DNA of 64,000 bases from an uncultured Prevotella sp. (GCA_900314455.1 OMVI01000040.1:3821-67820), one strand, 5' to 3'. Shown: positions 51,501 through 61,571, counted from the first letter of the stretch. The notes: a model not told the origin generated them from the letters alone. Numbers and translations: made by a program.

Positions 51501-51804
51501 CAAGCGTTATGCCGATAACCTTGCTTTTGAGCAGCACTTCGACGTACACTTCGGTCAGAAATTCTCCTTCAAGGTTGCAGGACAGATTAATAGCATCGAA
51601 TTGACATTCGACATTCTGAACGCAGGTAACCTACTTAACAAAAAGTGGGGACACACCTTCGGCGATGGCTTCGGTGTTTACTACAGTCCGCTCAACTACC
51701 GTAGCAATGGCGACTTCTACTTCGACGGAAGCCATGTCAGCCGTGACTACAGCGATATTTACAGTCGTTGGCGTGGTCAAATCGGTCTGAAGTATACATT
51801 CTAA
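48505..51804 (+). CDS. TonB-dependent outer-membrane receptor (Oar-like)
   Basis: Signal peptide MQRKLL...VMA-Q, carboxypeptidase-regulatory-like N-domain, plug IDGAANNDVFG...GFTGGSVNAITKSG, and C-terminal GLKYTF. -7 box at 48448-48455. Confidence 0.9.
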   Translation: MQRKLLFLMTLFLIMASSVMAQVTTSGISGIVTSDGESVIGATVTATHQPSGTVYRAITNVDGRFTIQGMRVGGPYKVEITYIGNQPKVFNNVNLRLGETEDLSCTLQENSRELQEVVVTGSAGLNATKTGAAQSLTAQQINDMPTISHSIADVARLNPQLTTTNSGVMSFAGTNNRYNQLLIDGAANNDVFGLSSTGSNGGQAGTQPVSLETIEQIQVNVAPFDVRQSGFTGGSVNAITKSGTNQFHGSVYGYGYNQNLMGHHYKLADGSGYAPKYNKEKDYNWGVTLGGPIIKDKLFFFANYEMNDKSYPNLYAYGSSESRVDMDKASDIIDKIHQMADRQGVNYPGTFSTEDIYTKSHKAGVKIDWNINEFNKFTLRWSLVNAKQLNNGGSRSALNDNLYSYPFKSVTNSFIAELQSRISPSLSNEARASYVRVRDKRDVGAAFPSISIAGVGGGTVNLGNERSSMANSLDQDIWTIEDNLTWYKGNHTFTFGTHNEIYNFSNLFIQDLYGTYSFQTYDDFNSYYNDYMDDGQLDPTKSYLNYYRYGHANVNVTGDPRWEASFGAAQLGFYAQDKWNATPNFQLTYGLRMDMPIFFDTPAANTEFNEYAIQRGWNLKTNQKLSSTPLWSPRVGFRWDINGDRRFILRGGAGIFTGRIPFVWISNNFSNTGIQMSQYYLNKPKGINVILDPNGQEANVAGAVAASGNQTVNVYDKHFKFAQNLRFNLGFDFKALGIDWTAEALYSKTLNDILYKNLAVDETGTTFGQQYYTGTDMVADNRPMFEKTTTGTPFNNIYALYNTSKGYTVNLSLKAEKHFDFGLDLMASYTWTKSKSVNNGGSSVAESNWRYNYTYINPNSPELGNSAYNVPHRIQASVYYHVQYGARKQWQTTVGVIYTAKSGSPYTLYIYGDMNNDGASGNDLLFIPTREQVEKMNFETPATYSVNSFITSAIGPGTEAWAANGNAYPEKLTPEVQRQLLNAWIDGDSYLSKHRGEYYKRYADNLAFEQHFDVHFGQKFSFKVAGQINSIELTFDILNAGNLLNKKWGHTFGDGFGVYYSPLNYRSNGDFYFDGSHVSRDYSDIYSRWRGQIGLKYTF

Positions 51805-51820
51805 TTTGACAGTTAACAAG

Positions 51821-51884
51821 TAATGGGTGACAGATGTCGCGGGGAAGGTTAAACTATCATCCGGCATTTGTCACCCATTATTTT
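51821..51884 (+). terminator. Long hairpin/terminator after the receptor gene
   Basis: TAATGGGTGACA...TGTCACCCATTA followed by TTTT. Confidence 0.7.
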
Positions 51885-51904
51885 ACAGAAAACATATAAG
51901 CATT

Positions 51905-52243
51905 ATGATTATTGATTTTGATAAGATTCCGGAGGTTCATCAGATGAACTTCAAGGGAGGCAGAGGAGCACTTGACACACGCAACTACGTTGACGGTAAA
52001 GTAAAGATAATGTATTCAACTCTCCGCCCAGGTGCATCGTCAGGGTTGCACACGCATGAAGGCAACTGCGAGATAGTATTCGTCATCAGTGGAGTTGCTA
52101 CGTTCCATTATGACGATACCATTGAGGAAGCACATGTCGGTCAGTGCCACTATTGCCCTGAAGGACACTCCCATTACATGGAAAATCGCACTGACCACGA
52201 CCTCGTTTACCTCGCCATCGTACCCGAACATAATGTAGGATAA
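51905..52243 (+). CDS. Cupin-domain protein
   Basis: Motifs GLHTHEGNCE and PEGHSHYMEN; ATG at 51905. Confidence 0.85.
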   Translation: MIIDFDKIPEVHQMNFKGGRGALDTRNYVDGKVKIMYSTLRPGASSGLHTHEGNCEIVFVISGVATFHYDDTIEEAHVGQCHYCPEGHSHYMENRTDHDLVYLAIVPEHNVG

Positions 52244-52357
52244 GTATATTATATATAATTCTTACTGTCTTTTATCAGTATTGGATTTCAAAAAGTTTGT
52301 CCATTATTTTGTAGTGTCAGCAAATAGTTGTACTTTTACACCCAAAAGATAACTGCT

Positions 52358-53041
52358 ATGACAGAGTTCTATAATGGTGAAGAGAAGTTGCTGGTTGCCG
52401 TCGACAGCATCATATTCGGTTTCAAGGACGGAAAGCTGAAGTTGCTTATCGGAAAGCGTATCGTAGAGCCGGGTGCAGGAATGTGGTCACTTTATGGCGG
52501 CTTTGTTCGTATAAATGAAGATTTGGAGGAAGCTGCCAGACGTGTACTCTATCAGTATACAGGCATCAAAGACATCTTCATGCAGCAAGTAGGAGCCTTC
52601 GGAAAAGTCAACCGTGACCCTGGTGATAGGGTTGTCTCTGTTGCTTACTGTGCCCTTATCAATGTTGACGACTACGATACAAGCCTTCTAGATAAATACG
52701 GACTTATATGGGCCGACCTCGACAACCTTCCTGAGATGTGGGGCGACCATAAGGAGATGATTAACAAGTCGCTTAATCAGCTTCGTCATCAAATTTCGAC
52801 AGAGCCGTTAAGTTTCAATCTGCTTCCCGACTTGTTCACCTTGACACAGCTTCAAAATGTATATGAGGCAATAATAGGTCATGAAGTCGATAAGCGCAAC
52901 TTCCGTAAGCGAATCAAGCAGATGGACTTCATCGAGAAGACAAGCCTCATTGACAAGGTCACCAGCAAACGTGGCGCTTCTCTTTATCGCTTTAATAAAA
53001 AGGCATACGACAGTGATGGCGAACATTCGTTCAAGCTGTAA
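52358..53041 (+). CDS. NrtR-family (Nudix + wHTH) sugar regulator, XylR/AraR-like
   Basis: VDSIIFGF, WSLYGGFV, RDPGDRVVSVAY, FTLTQLQ, DKRNFRK and KRGASLYRF. Confidence 0.88.
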   Translation: MTEFYNGEEKLLVAVDSIIFGFKDGKLKLLIGKRIVEPGAGMWSLYGGFVRINEDLEEAARRVLYQYTGIKDIFMQQVGAFGKVNRDPGDRVVSVAYCALINVDDYDTSLLDKYGLIWADLDNLPEMWGDHKEMINKSLNQLRHQISTEPLSFNLLPDLFTLTQLQNVYEAIIGHEVDKRNFRKRIKQMDFIEKTSLIDKVTSKRGASLYRFNKKAYDSDGEHSFKL

Positions 53042-53047
53042 GAAAAC

Positions 53048-53079
53048 AAAAGTGGCAGGGTTGTTACCTTGCCACTTTT
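53048..53079. terminator. Bidirectional terminator between the regulator and smpB
   Basis: AAAAGTGGCAGGG-TTGTTA-CCTTGCCACTTTT. Confidence 0.8.
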
Positions 53080-53121
53080 ATTATATACTTTAAATGTGAT
53101 TGCTGTAGGATAAAGAAAGCA

Positions 53122-53601
53122 TTAGTAGTGCTTCATGACTCTGTCCATCGACCGCATGTCCTCTTTCTCCCTCAGGCTCTGTCGCTTGTCATATTCCTTC
53201 TTGCCTCGTGCGAGAGCGATGTCCATCTTCGCCCTTCCGTTTTCGTCAATGAAAACTAACAGAGGCACGATGGTCAATCCCGGGTTCTTGCTTTCTTCTT
53301 CCAGCTTATGTATTTCACGCTTGTTAAGCAGCAGTTTACGTTCACGTCGTGACGGATGGTTAGCATACGAGCCATAGAAGTATGGACTGATGTTCATGCC
53401 CTGCACCCATATTTCGCCTTTGTCGATATAGCAGAACGAGTCGACAAGTGAGGCTTTGCCAGCCCGTATCGACTTAATCTCAGTTCCCGTAAGCACAATG
53501 CCAGCGGTATATGTATCAAGAAAAGTGTACAGGAACGAAGCTTTCTTGTTCCTTATCTGCACAGGACTTTTCTTTCTTATCTCTTGTTCTTCCTTGTTCA
53601 T
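53122..53601 (-). CDS. smpB: SsrA-binding protein
   Basis: Motifs [26 protein letters not shown] and GKKEYDKR. Confidence 0.97.
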   Translation of the reverse strand: MNKEEQEIRKKSPVQIRNKKASFLYTFLDTYTAGIVLTGTEIKSIRAGKASLVDSFCYIDKGEIWVQGMNISPYFYGSYANHPSRRERKLLLNKREIHKLEEESKNPGLTIVPLLVFIDENGRAKMDIALARGKKEYDKRQSLREKEDMRSMDRVMKHY

Positions 53602-53616
53602 TTCGTTTTCCTCTAT

Positions 53617-54102
53617 TTAGTCATTGACCTCGAAGTTGTCAGAGTTCGCCAGCACATAGTCGGCTATTTGCTGTTGCCATTCCTCTTCGTTAACGATAAA
53701 CTCATCGTCGAATGTATCAAACTCCGGCATCTGTTCGTATAGAGCCATGAAATCCTCGTCAGACATGTCACGCTCTATTGCTTCGTGATATTTGTTATAA
53801 TATTTCCGGCAGTGGTTGACATGAGTGTACAGAGTCGCGACACCCCAGTCCCTCATTGCCTTTGCAAACGGATTGCGGAAGATGAACTCACCATAGCCGT
53901 TGTAAATGAGCTGAATGTATCCGCCCTCCATTACCTCATCATGCAGGTAACTCCACCCAAGTAGCGTTATCTGGTCGGAGTTCAACATCGAAATATTATC
54001 TGCTGTCAACTCCCCGCCGATATGTTTCTTAATCTTATCGACATAACCATTGACTACGTTATCGGCTTCCTGCGTCCGGTCTATTTTGTTCTTGCTGTCC
54101 AT
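53617..54102 (-). CDS. DMP19/DUF4375 family acidic protein
   Basis: LHDEVMEGGYIQLIYNGYG and a very acidic composition. -7 box at 54134-54141. Confidence 0.75.
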   Translation of the reverse strand: MDSKNKIDRTQEADNVVNGYVDKIKKHIGGELTADNISMLNSDQITLLGWSYLHDEVMEGGYIQLIYNGYGEFIFRNPFAKAMRDWGVATLYTHVNHCRKYYNKYHEAIERDMSDEDFMALYEQMPEFDTFDDEFIVNEEEWQQQIADYVLANSDNFEVND

Positions 54103-54254
54103 ATTATCTGATTACCATATAGCAAATATTTTGCAAAGATACTCATTTTCCTTCAATATCTGTATCTTTCTGCATCGGTTTAAGGTGAAAATATTTGCAT
54201 AGCCAATGTAGCAGGAGTATTTCCCTTGCAACTTCTCCGTCGCATTTATCCTTT

Positions 54255-55625
54255 TCAACTACCTGCCAAGACTTTATGTCTCAGTACGATGACCTCAACC
54301 AAACCACGGCATGAAAGGAAGGAAATGAAAGCCAGCCACAGAGCGTTGTTGCCGATACTGCCGTTGAGATAGAAGAAGACGATGAAGAAGACAATTGCCG
54401 CTGTAGCCGATGATAGCAACATTCCTTTCGTTGCCGTTATCCCGACGAAAATCCCATCGTAAATGAATGCTGTCACACCGCAAAGAGGTATGGCGCACGC
54501 CCAGGGCAGATAATGCAACGAAGCCTCGACAACTGCGGCGTCACTGGTGAGCAATCCCATGAACTCTCTGCCTCCGATGATGTATATTATAGTGAATGTC
54601 ACCGCCATAGCAATGCCCCAATGGTTGAGACAACGTACTATATTCAGGAACCTTTCCTTGTTGCCATTGCCATAATACTTGCCACAAAGGGCCTCGCCGG
54701 CATAAGCAAAGCCATCCATGAAGTAAGAGAAAACAGTATAGAGAGTTATGACTACCGAGTTGACAGCAAGGACAAGCGCTCCCTGATGGCCACCTGCCGA
54801 CGTAAAGAAGAGGTTGACTGCAACGAGGAAAAGCGTGCGGAGGAATATGTCGCGGTTAACTGTGAAGAATCTCTTCAGCGAGATATTTTCCTCCGTATCA
54901 CCGTTTATTGCCTCCGATTGTGACATGTCAGTATCCTTAGAATCCACAGATGATAAATTCTCCGTTCTGCGTTTCCACAACCTTTCAGTACTTTTCCTTT
55001 TCAGCAGTACACCACATACTGCAAGCAAAGCTCCGAACCATTGCGCAAATAGGGTACCCGTGGCAACGCCTTCTATCCCCCAGCGAAGAATGATTACTAA
55101 GAACAGGCTTGCCACAATGTTAGCGATATTCTGCGTGATTGCCACCACCATCGTTATCTTAGTGTCCTGCATGCCAACGAACCAACCGTTCATGGCGTAT
55201 AGACTGAGCATTGCCGGTGCTCCCCAGATTACGATGTTGAAGTATTGGGAGACGAAAGGCACCGACTCTTCCGGCGTGTTCATCAGCCACAACATTAGCC
55301 GGAGGATAAGGCTTTGCAGAAGAATGAAAGTCAAGCCTATTACGATTGCCGTGCCAACCGACTTGCGCAGAGCTCCGTAAACCATAGTGCGGCTCCTTCG
55401 TCCGTAAGCCTGAGCCGTCAGTCCACTCGTCCCCATGCGGAGGAAACCAAATATCCAGTATATTACATTGAATATCATTGACCCCACGGCAATAGCTGAT
55501 ATGTAGGCAGCATTGCCTATGTGTCCGACAATAGTCAGGTCGACGAGTCCCAGCAAAGGGACAGTTATGTTGCTGACTATTGACGGAACAGCAATCTGTA
55601 GTATTGTTCGGTTGTCCTTATGCAT
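54255..55625 (-). CDS. MATE family efflux transporter (DinF-like)
   Basis: PLLGLVDLTIVGH, FLRMGTSGLTAQ, DIFLRT, MDGFAYA and YDGIFVG. Confidence 0.93.
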   Translation of the reverse strand: MHKDNRTILQIAVPSIVSNITVPLLGLVDLTIVGHIGNAAYISAIAVGSMIFNVIYWIFGFLRMGTSGLTAQAYGRRSRTMVYGALRKSVGTAIVIGLTFILLQSLILRLMLWLMNTPEESVPFVSQYFNIVIWGAPAMLSLYAMNGWFVGMQDTKITMVVAITQNIANIVASLFLVIILRWGIEGVATGTLFAQWFGALLAVCGVLLKRKSTERLWKRRTENLSSVDSKDTDMSQSEAINGDTEENISLKRFFTVNRDIFLRTLFLVAVNLFFTSAGGHQGALVLAVNSVVITLYTVFSYFMDGFAYAGEALCGKYYGNGNKERFLNIVRCLNHWGIAMAVTFTIIYIIGGREFMGLLTSDAAVVEASLHYLPWACAIPLCGVTAFIYDGIFVGITATKGMLLSSATAAIVFFIVFFYLNGSIGNNALWLAFISFLSCRGLVEVIVLRHKVLAGS

Positions 55626-56361
55626 AGCTGTGCATACCCGTGAGGAAGTAGTTCACGCCGAAGTAAGTCATGATAATGCTGAGGAAAGCAAGCGCTGGAT
55701 AAATGTGATAGTTTCTCGGCTTTTGAAAGACGGGAAGGCTTTGCGAGTGCAGAACCACAGCGTAAATCATGAAGGTTATGAGCGACCATGTCTCCTTGGA
55801 GTCCCAACTCCAGTAGGTGCCCCAGCTTACGTTTGCCCAAATGGCTCCGATGAAAATTCCGATACCGAGCATCGTCATAGCCTGATACAGGAAAACACGG
55901 CTCAGTGCCTGCAACTCAGCTGCATGGGAGTGCATGCAGAGTCCCATGATTGCGCAGATGAATGTCAGCGACAGCAACGCGTAGCTCATCATAATTATGC
56001 TTACGTTGATGCTCAGCAGCGGACTGTTGAGAACCGGCATGACCTGACCGATAGCCGGATCCATCTGGTTTATGTGGCTTAGAAGCAGGAAGAAGCCTGA
56101 CAGCAGGAAACCGAATACGAGGACAATCTTGAACTTATGCTGCATGGCGAGGGCTATGAGTTCCACTATCCATGCAACGGTAAGCATTGTCTCGTAGCCG
56201 TTGCCTGCTACAACGAGTAGAGCCCAAAGAGCAACGAACCACCATGAGCCGTATATGGCACTGTGGACAAAGTCCGTTCCGCTGCTTTTCCCGATTATCG
56301 TGGCTGCCGCCATCACCGGAAGTATTACAACGTATATTGCAAATAAAATCTTCTTTGGCAT
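55618..56361 (-). pseudogene. ccsA: Internally deleted, degenerate cytochrome c biogenesis CcsBA (ResB-CcsA) remnant
   Basis: 53 aa of a CcsB-like N-terminus are joined directly to NGYETM of CcsA. The WWD motif reads WGTYWSWDSKE, LSINVS stands where a His is expected, and it ends in GMHSYA. -7 box at 56387-56394. Confidence 0.7.
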
Positions 56362-56595
56362 ATTTTTGGGTTGTTTTTTCGTGGTGCAAAGGTAATACCA
56401 GAAATCGCAATAAACAAATTTTCGACGTTTGTGAAATGTTAATGGAAGTTAACGAGGCCGCTTCTGTCGATTTCGAAGTCATCCCTTGTGGGCGCTTGTC
56501 TCATCTTAAAAACCGGCAATAAAAGCAAAATCTTGGCATATAGAGGAAGCTTTGTACTGTCAATAGATTTCAATTTATGCTTTCACGGAATAAGT

Positions 56596-56743
56596 CCTTG
56601 TAACTCGTTGATTATCAAAGGTTCCGCAAAAGCATAGCTTTGGGCTTGCAAAAGATGAAGTTTGAGGCAGCAAAAGATGAGGTCTTGGAAGACGAAAGTT
56701 CACCTTTTGGAACGCAAAAGTTTAGGTTCGGGGAAACTGTAAA
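56596..56743 (+). repeat. Dispersed 'IHF-like head + 5 x 22-bp' element, copy D
   Basis: Head TGTAACTCGTTGATTATCA at 56599. Units start at 56626, 56648, 56670, 56692 and 56714. Tail ACTGTAAA at 56736. Confidence 0.85.
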
Positions 56744-56836
56744 GATTTGTTCCACATATTAAGCAGAAAATATAATACAGCATAATGATAGTGAGCATCA
56801 TATTATTTGGCTCATCAAGGATTGGGAATGATATAA

Positions 56837-57155
56837 AACACATGCAGCAATAACCTCGTAGAGGTTAAACTAACGAAAACCCCACATAAGCGATAGCGCA
56901 ATGTGGGGGGATACAGAGACGTAAATAATTCTACTCGGCGCTTCGAAAATGCGCTACAGCACGAAGTGCGCTTATTCATTGAAAATCAGCTTTATAAACA
57001 TTTCACGCTGTAGAGCATCTTCGAATCGCTGGGTTGTGAGCTGTTCGTTACATTACCCCCAGGCTGCGGTCGTTGCACTCCCTTGCCGGGGGTTATCGAG
57101 AATTAGACCTCTTTGAGGTTTGCGGATGTCATCAATCTAAATGAGGAATGAACCT
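56837..57155. repeat. REP/REPIN-like nested-hairpin element, long copy
   Basis: In order: AACCTCGTAGAGGTT, CCCCACAT...ATGTGGGG hairpin, inner IR 56938-56960 / 57007-57029, CCCCCAGGC...GCCGGGGG hairpin, ACCTCTTTGAGGT. Confidence 0.8.
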
Positions 57156-57315
57156 TATTCTTATGTTCATCCGTCCTATTTCAACAGACTTGTTCACTTT
57201 GCAGATATTCTTTTATGATTTGAAAGAGCGGAAAATCTGACTAAAGCAGACAACTTAAGCAAATCCTCCGCGCCTTATGCAATAAAAAGGGGCAGACTTA
57301 CGTTATAATAAAACT

Positions 57316-59706
57316 ATGAGCAAGAATTTATTAAAACTCTACATAACTATCGGACTTCTCTTTGTGTTGCAATCTGTTGCGGCACAAACCTTTACCTTGC
57401 AGGGTAAAGTTTCCGACAGAAATGGAAACCCTATAGAACTTGCAAGTGTATCTGTACTATCGCAGGGGAAGCTTGTCATGACGAACCTTCGCGGCGAATT
57501 CAACATGGAACTCAAGAGTGAGGATAGCGTGAAGGTAAATTTTGCAATGGTAGGCTATAAGACGAAGACGAGAATTCTCAAACGTCCACGTGGTAAGCAG
57601 ACCCTCCTTGTGCAGCTCTCCGATGACAACGTCCTCGGTGAAGTCGTAGTCGAAGGTAAGCAGGCGCAGCACGGTACTACTCAGCAACTTGACATTAAGG
57701 ACGTGAAGAACGGGCCGTCGACCTCGGGCAATGCCGTCGAGGAGATGATTCAGAGTCAGGCGGGTGTGTCTACCCACTCAGAATTGTCGAGTCAGTACAA
57801 CGTTCGTGGTGGTTCATTCGACGAGAACTCAGTATATATAAATAATGTAGAGGTGTACCGTCCGTTCCTTGTCAGAAGTGGACAACAGGAGGGACTGAGT
57901 ATCATCAATCCAGATATGGTCGATAAGGTAGGCTTCTCTACTGGTGGCTTTGAAGCTAAGTACGGCGACAAGATGAGCTCGGCACTCGACATAACCTACA
58001 AGCGTCCGAAGCGAACAGAGGGCAGTATCTCTGCTTCTCTGCTTGGAGCAAGCGGCTATTTCGGACTTGCAACGAAGAAGTTGACATGGACTAACGGACT
58101 GCGTTATAAGACTAACCGTTATCTGTTGGGCTCTCTTGAGACGAAGGGAGAGTACAACCCTAACTTCCTTGACTATCAGACCTATTTCAGTTGGCAACCT
58201 TCGAAGAGATGGCAGATTGACTTCATCGGTAATATATCTGACAACCACTACAACTTCGAGCCAGAGGACAGAGAGACGAAGTTCGGTACTATGGAGGACG
58301 TAAAGAGCTTCCGCGTCTACTTCGATGGTAAGGAGAAGGACCTCTTCCGCACTTATTTCGGTACACTTGGTATTACACACAAGTTCAAGAACGATAAGAC
58401 GAGTGTGTCACTCCTTGCTTCCGGCTTCTCTACGCGTGAGCAGGAACGTTATGACATTCAAGGTCAGTACTGGCTGACGCAGACCGAGACGTCCGAGAAT
58501 CTTGGTGTCGGAACATACATGCAGCACTCTCGCGACTATCTGAAGGCCAACGTGAAGAGTGTCAAACTCATGATGAAGCACCGCACGCAGAACCATAATA
58601 TAGAGGGCGGTCTGACATACAAGATTGAAAGAATAAAGGAAAATTCGAATGAATACGAATATCGTGACTCGGCAGGATACAGTGTTCCGCACACCGGTAA
58701 GGACTTGTACATGATTTATTCGATGCGTGCCCTGAACGAATTGCATGCCAATCGATTCGAAGCTTACTTGCAGGACAACTGGCGTTTCCAAGGTCGTCAG
58801 GACTCAGTGCCTACGCTTTACACTCTGAACTATGGAGTTAGACTGGCGCACTGGAACTTCAATGGCGAGACGTTATTCTCTCCGCGAGTATCGCTGACAA
58901 TATCTCCGCACTTCAACCGCAATCTTATATTCAGGTTTGCAACGGGTCTTTATTACCAGGCTCCTTTCTATAAGGAATTGCGTGACACATCTACTGTAAA
59001 CGGAATAACTTACGCCACGCTCAATAAGAATATCAAGTCGCAGCGCTCGATACACTTCATAGCGTCAATGGACTATATGTTCAAGATGATGGAACGTCCG
59101 TTCAAGTTCACTGCAGAGCTGTACTATAAGGCTCTGTCACGACTGGTTCCGTATTCCGTCAATAATGTGAAGGTGGTCTATTATGGCGATAATGAGGCAA
59201 GTGGACATGCAATGGGACTCGACCTCAAACTCTTTGGTGAGTTCGTTCCGGGCAGCGATTCGTGGCTCACTTTCTCACTGATGGACACAAAAATGAAGCT
59301 CAACGGCAAGAGCATTCCGCTTCCGACGGACCAGCGTTACAGTGTGAACCTCTACTTCACTGATTACTTCCCCGGCACGACGAAGTGGAAGATGAGTCTT
59401 AAACTTGCATACGCTGACGGACTTCCGTTCTCGGCACCGCACCGTGAACTTGAGAATTCGTCCTTCCGTGCACCTGCCTACAAGCGCGTGGACATTGGTA
59501 TGAGCTATCGTTTATATGACAACAACGAGAGGGCAAAGAAGAATATCTTCCGCAATATATGGCTCGGAGTTGACTGCCTCAACCTCTTTGGCATTGACAA
59601 CGTCAATTCATACTACTGGATAACGGACGTGACCGGTCAGCAATATGCTGTTCCAAACTATCTCACTGGTCGGCAGATAAACGCCAGAGTGCTATTTGAA
59701 TTCTGA
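57316..59706 (+). CDS. TonB-dependent outer-membrane receptor
   Basis: Signal peptide ending in ...VAA-Q, plug YNVRGGSFDEN...FSTGGFEAKYGDKMSSALDI, and a C-terminal Phe. Confidence 0.9.
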   Translation: MSKNLLKLYITIGLLFVLQSVAAQTFTLQGKVSDRNGNPIELASVSVLSQGKLVMTNLRGEFNMELKSEDSVKVNFAMVGYKTKTRILKRPRGKQTLLVQLSDDNVLGEVVVEGKQAQHGTTQQLDIKDVKNGPSTSGNAVEEMIQSQAGVSTHSELSSQYNVRGGSFDENSVYINNVEVYRPFLVRSGQQEGLSIINPDMVDKVGFSTGGFEAKYGDKMSSALDITYKRPKRTEGSISASLLGASGYFGLATKKLTWTNGLRYKTNRYLLGSLETKGEYNPNFLDYQTYFSWQPSKRWQIDFIGNISDNHYNFEPEDRETKFGTMEDVKSFRVYFDGKEKDLFRTYFGTLGITHKFKNDKTSVSLLASGFSTREQERYDIQGQYWLTQTETSENLGVGTYMQHSRDYLKANVKSVKLMMKHRTQNHNIEGGLTYKIERIKENSNEYEYRDSAGYSVPHTGKDLYMIYSMRALNELHANRFEAYLQDNWRFQGRQDSVPTLYTLNYGVRLAHWNFNGETLFSPRVSLTISPHFNRNLIFRFATGLYYQAPFYKELRDTSTVNGITYATLNKNIKSQRSIHFIASMDYMFKMMERPFKFTAELYYKALSRLVPYSVNNVKVVYYGDNEASGHAMGLDLKLFGEFVPGSDSWLTFSLMDTKMKLNGKSIPLPTDQRYSVNLYFTDYFPGTTKWKMSLKLAYADGLPFSAPHRELENSSFRAPAYKRVDIGMSYRLYDNNERAKKNIFRNIWLGVDCLNLFGIDNVNSYYWITDVTGQQYAVPNYLTGRQINARVLFEF

Positions 59707-59729
59707 TAAAGTTTTAGGTCGTAAATAAT

Positions 59730-59767
59730 AAAAAAGGCACGGAACCATTTAAGTTTCGTGCCTTTTT
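59730..59767. terminator. Bidirectional terminator
   Basis: AAAAAGGCACGGAAC...GTTTCGTGCCTTTTT between convergent genes. Confidence 0.8.
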
Positions 59768-59822
59768 GCTTTAGGTTGATTTACCTTTTATTCGTAAAAT
59801 CCAATGTCTGAGACAGTATTGC

Positions 59823-61478
59823 TTACTTGCATGTGTTGCAAGGTGTCCATGGCTTGAGCTCCTTGAAGAAGTCATGACCCTTGTCATCGACGAGGATGAA
59901 AGCAGGGAAGTCCTTGACGGTAATCTTCCAGATAGCTTCCATGCCGAGTTCAGGATACTCTACGCACTCGATACTTGTGATGCACTCCTTGGAAAGTACT
60001 GCTGCAATACCGCCGATGGTACCAAGGTAGAAGCCACCGTGCTTCTTGCAGGCGTCTGTAACTACCTGTGTGCGGTTGCCCTTTGCAATCATGACAAGTG
60101 AACCGCCGTGGTCTTGGAACTCGTCAACATACGGATCCATACGGTTTGCAGTAGTTGGTCCCATCGAACCGCAAGGATATCCCTCCGGTGTCTTTGCCGG
60201 TCCAGCATAGAGAATAGGATGGTCCTTGAAGTATTGTGGCAAATCCTCGCCAGCGTCAAGGCGTGCCTTAAGCTTTGCATGTGCAATGTCGCGGGCAACG
60301 ATGATAGTACCATTGAGGCTGACACGTGTCGAAACAGGGTATTTGGTGAGCTCGGCACGTACTGCGTCAATACCCTTGTCGAGGTCAATCTCAATGCCCT
60401 TGCCGCCTTCACCTGGACGACGGTATTCCTCCGGAATGAGTTCACCGGGGTTGTCGTCCATCTTCTCGAGCCATATACCATCTTCGTTAATCTTCGCTTT
60501 GATGTTGCGGTCGGCTGAGCAGCTGACGCCAAGACCTATAGGACAGCTTGCACCGTGACGTGGCAGACGGATAACGCGGATGTCGTGGGCGAAAGCCTTG
60601 CCACCGAACTGTGCTCCGAGTCCAATCTCATGGGCCTTTTCAAGGAGTTTAGCCTCGAGGTCGAGGTCACGGAAAGCGCGTCCTGTCTCGTCGCCTGAAG
60701 TAGGAAGACCATCATAGTATTTTATGCTTCCGAGTTTAACGGTGAGCAGGTTGCGCTCTGCCGATGTACCGCCGATGACGAAGCAGATGTGGTAAGGAGG
60801 GCAGGCTGCCGTGCCGAGGCTCTTCATCTTCTCAACGAGGAACGGCAGCAATGTGCCTTCGTTCTGTATTGTTGCTTTCGTCATAGGGTAGAAGTAGGTC
60901 TTGTTAGCGGAGCCACCGCCCTTTGCGACCATGATGAAACGGTATTCTGCGCCTTCTGTAGCCTCGATGTCGATTTGCGCAGGAAGGTTGCAGCGTGTGT
61001 TAACCTCTTCGTACATAGTCAGCGGAGCATTCTGAGAGTAGCGCAGATTATCCTGTGTGTAGGTGTTGAAGACGCCACGCGACAGTGCTTCCTCATCGTC
61101 GAAGCCAGTCCATACCTGCTGTCCTTTTTCACCGTGGATGATGGCTGTGCCGGTGTCCTGACAGAAAGGCAGTACTCCCTTCACTGCTGTCTCGGCGTTG
61201 CGAAGGAACTGCAGAGCGACATACTTGTCGTTCTCCGATGCCTCGGGGTCGTGGAGGATTGCTGCAACCTGCTTGTTGTGGGCACGGCGGAGCATGAACT
61301 CGCAGTCGTGGAAAGCCTGTTGCGCAAGCAGGGTCAGAGCCTCTTTGCTCACTTTGAGGATTTTCTTTCCTTCAAATTCGCTTACTGATACGCCTTCTTT
61401 GGTAAGCAAACGGTACTCGGTCGTGTCCTTTCCCGTCTGGAACATTGGCGCATACTTAAATTCAACCTGTTTTGCCAT
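59823..61478 (-). CDS. fumA: Class I (Fe-S) fumarate hydratase
   Basis: Motifs [35 protein letters not shown] and GPTTANRM. Confidence 0.94.
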   Translation of the reverse strand: MAKQVEFKYAPMFQTGKDTTEYRLLTKEGVSVSEFEGKKILKVSKEALTLLAQQAFHDCEFMLRRAHNKQVAAILHDPEASENDKYVALQFLRNAETAVKGVLPFCQDTGTAIIHGEKGQQVWTGFDDEEALSRGVFNTYTQDNLRYSQNAPLTMYEEVNTRCNLPAQIDIEATEGAEYRFIMVAKGGGSANKTYFYPMTKATIQNEGTLLPFLVEKMKSLGTAACPPYHICFVIGGTSAERNLLTVKLGSIKYYDGLPTSGDETGRAFRDLDLEAKLLEKAHEIGLGAQFGGKAFAHDIRVIRLPRHGASCPIGLGVSCSADRNIKAKINEDGIWLEKMDDNPGELIPEEYRRPGEGGKGIEIDLDKGIDAVRAELTKYPVSTRVSLNGTIIVARDIAHAKLKARLDAGEDLPQYFKDHPILYAGPAKTPEGYPCGSMGPTTANRMDPYVDEFQDHGGSLVMIAKGNRTQVVTDACKKHGGFYLGTIGGIAAVLSKECITSIECVEYPELGMEAIWKITVKDFPAFILVDDKGHDFFKELKPWTPCNTCK

Positions 61479-61571
61479 AATGCTTTTTTAAAGGTAAAAA
61501 GGAAGAAAAGCAATACTGTCTTTTCTCAACCTCTTTATCGAATTAATTGATATTTTGTTAGTTACTTTTTA

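Noticed and set aside
56626-56735. 22-bp arrays as a mini-CRISPR
   Set aside because: The units are contiguous and degenerate with no unique spacers, and there are no cas genes in the window.
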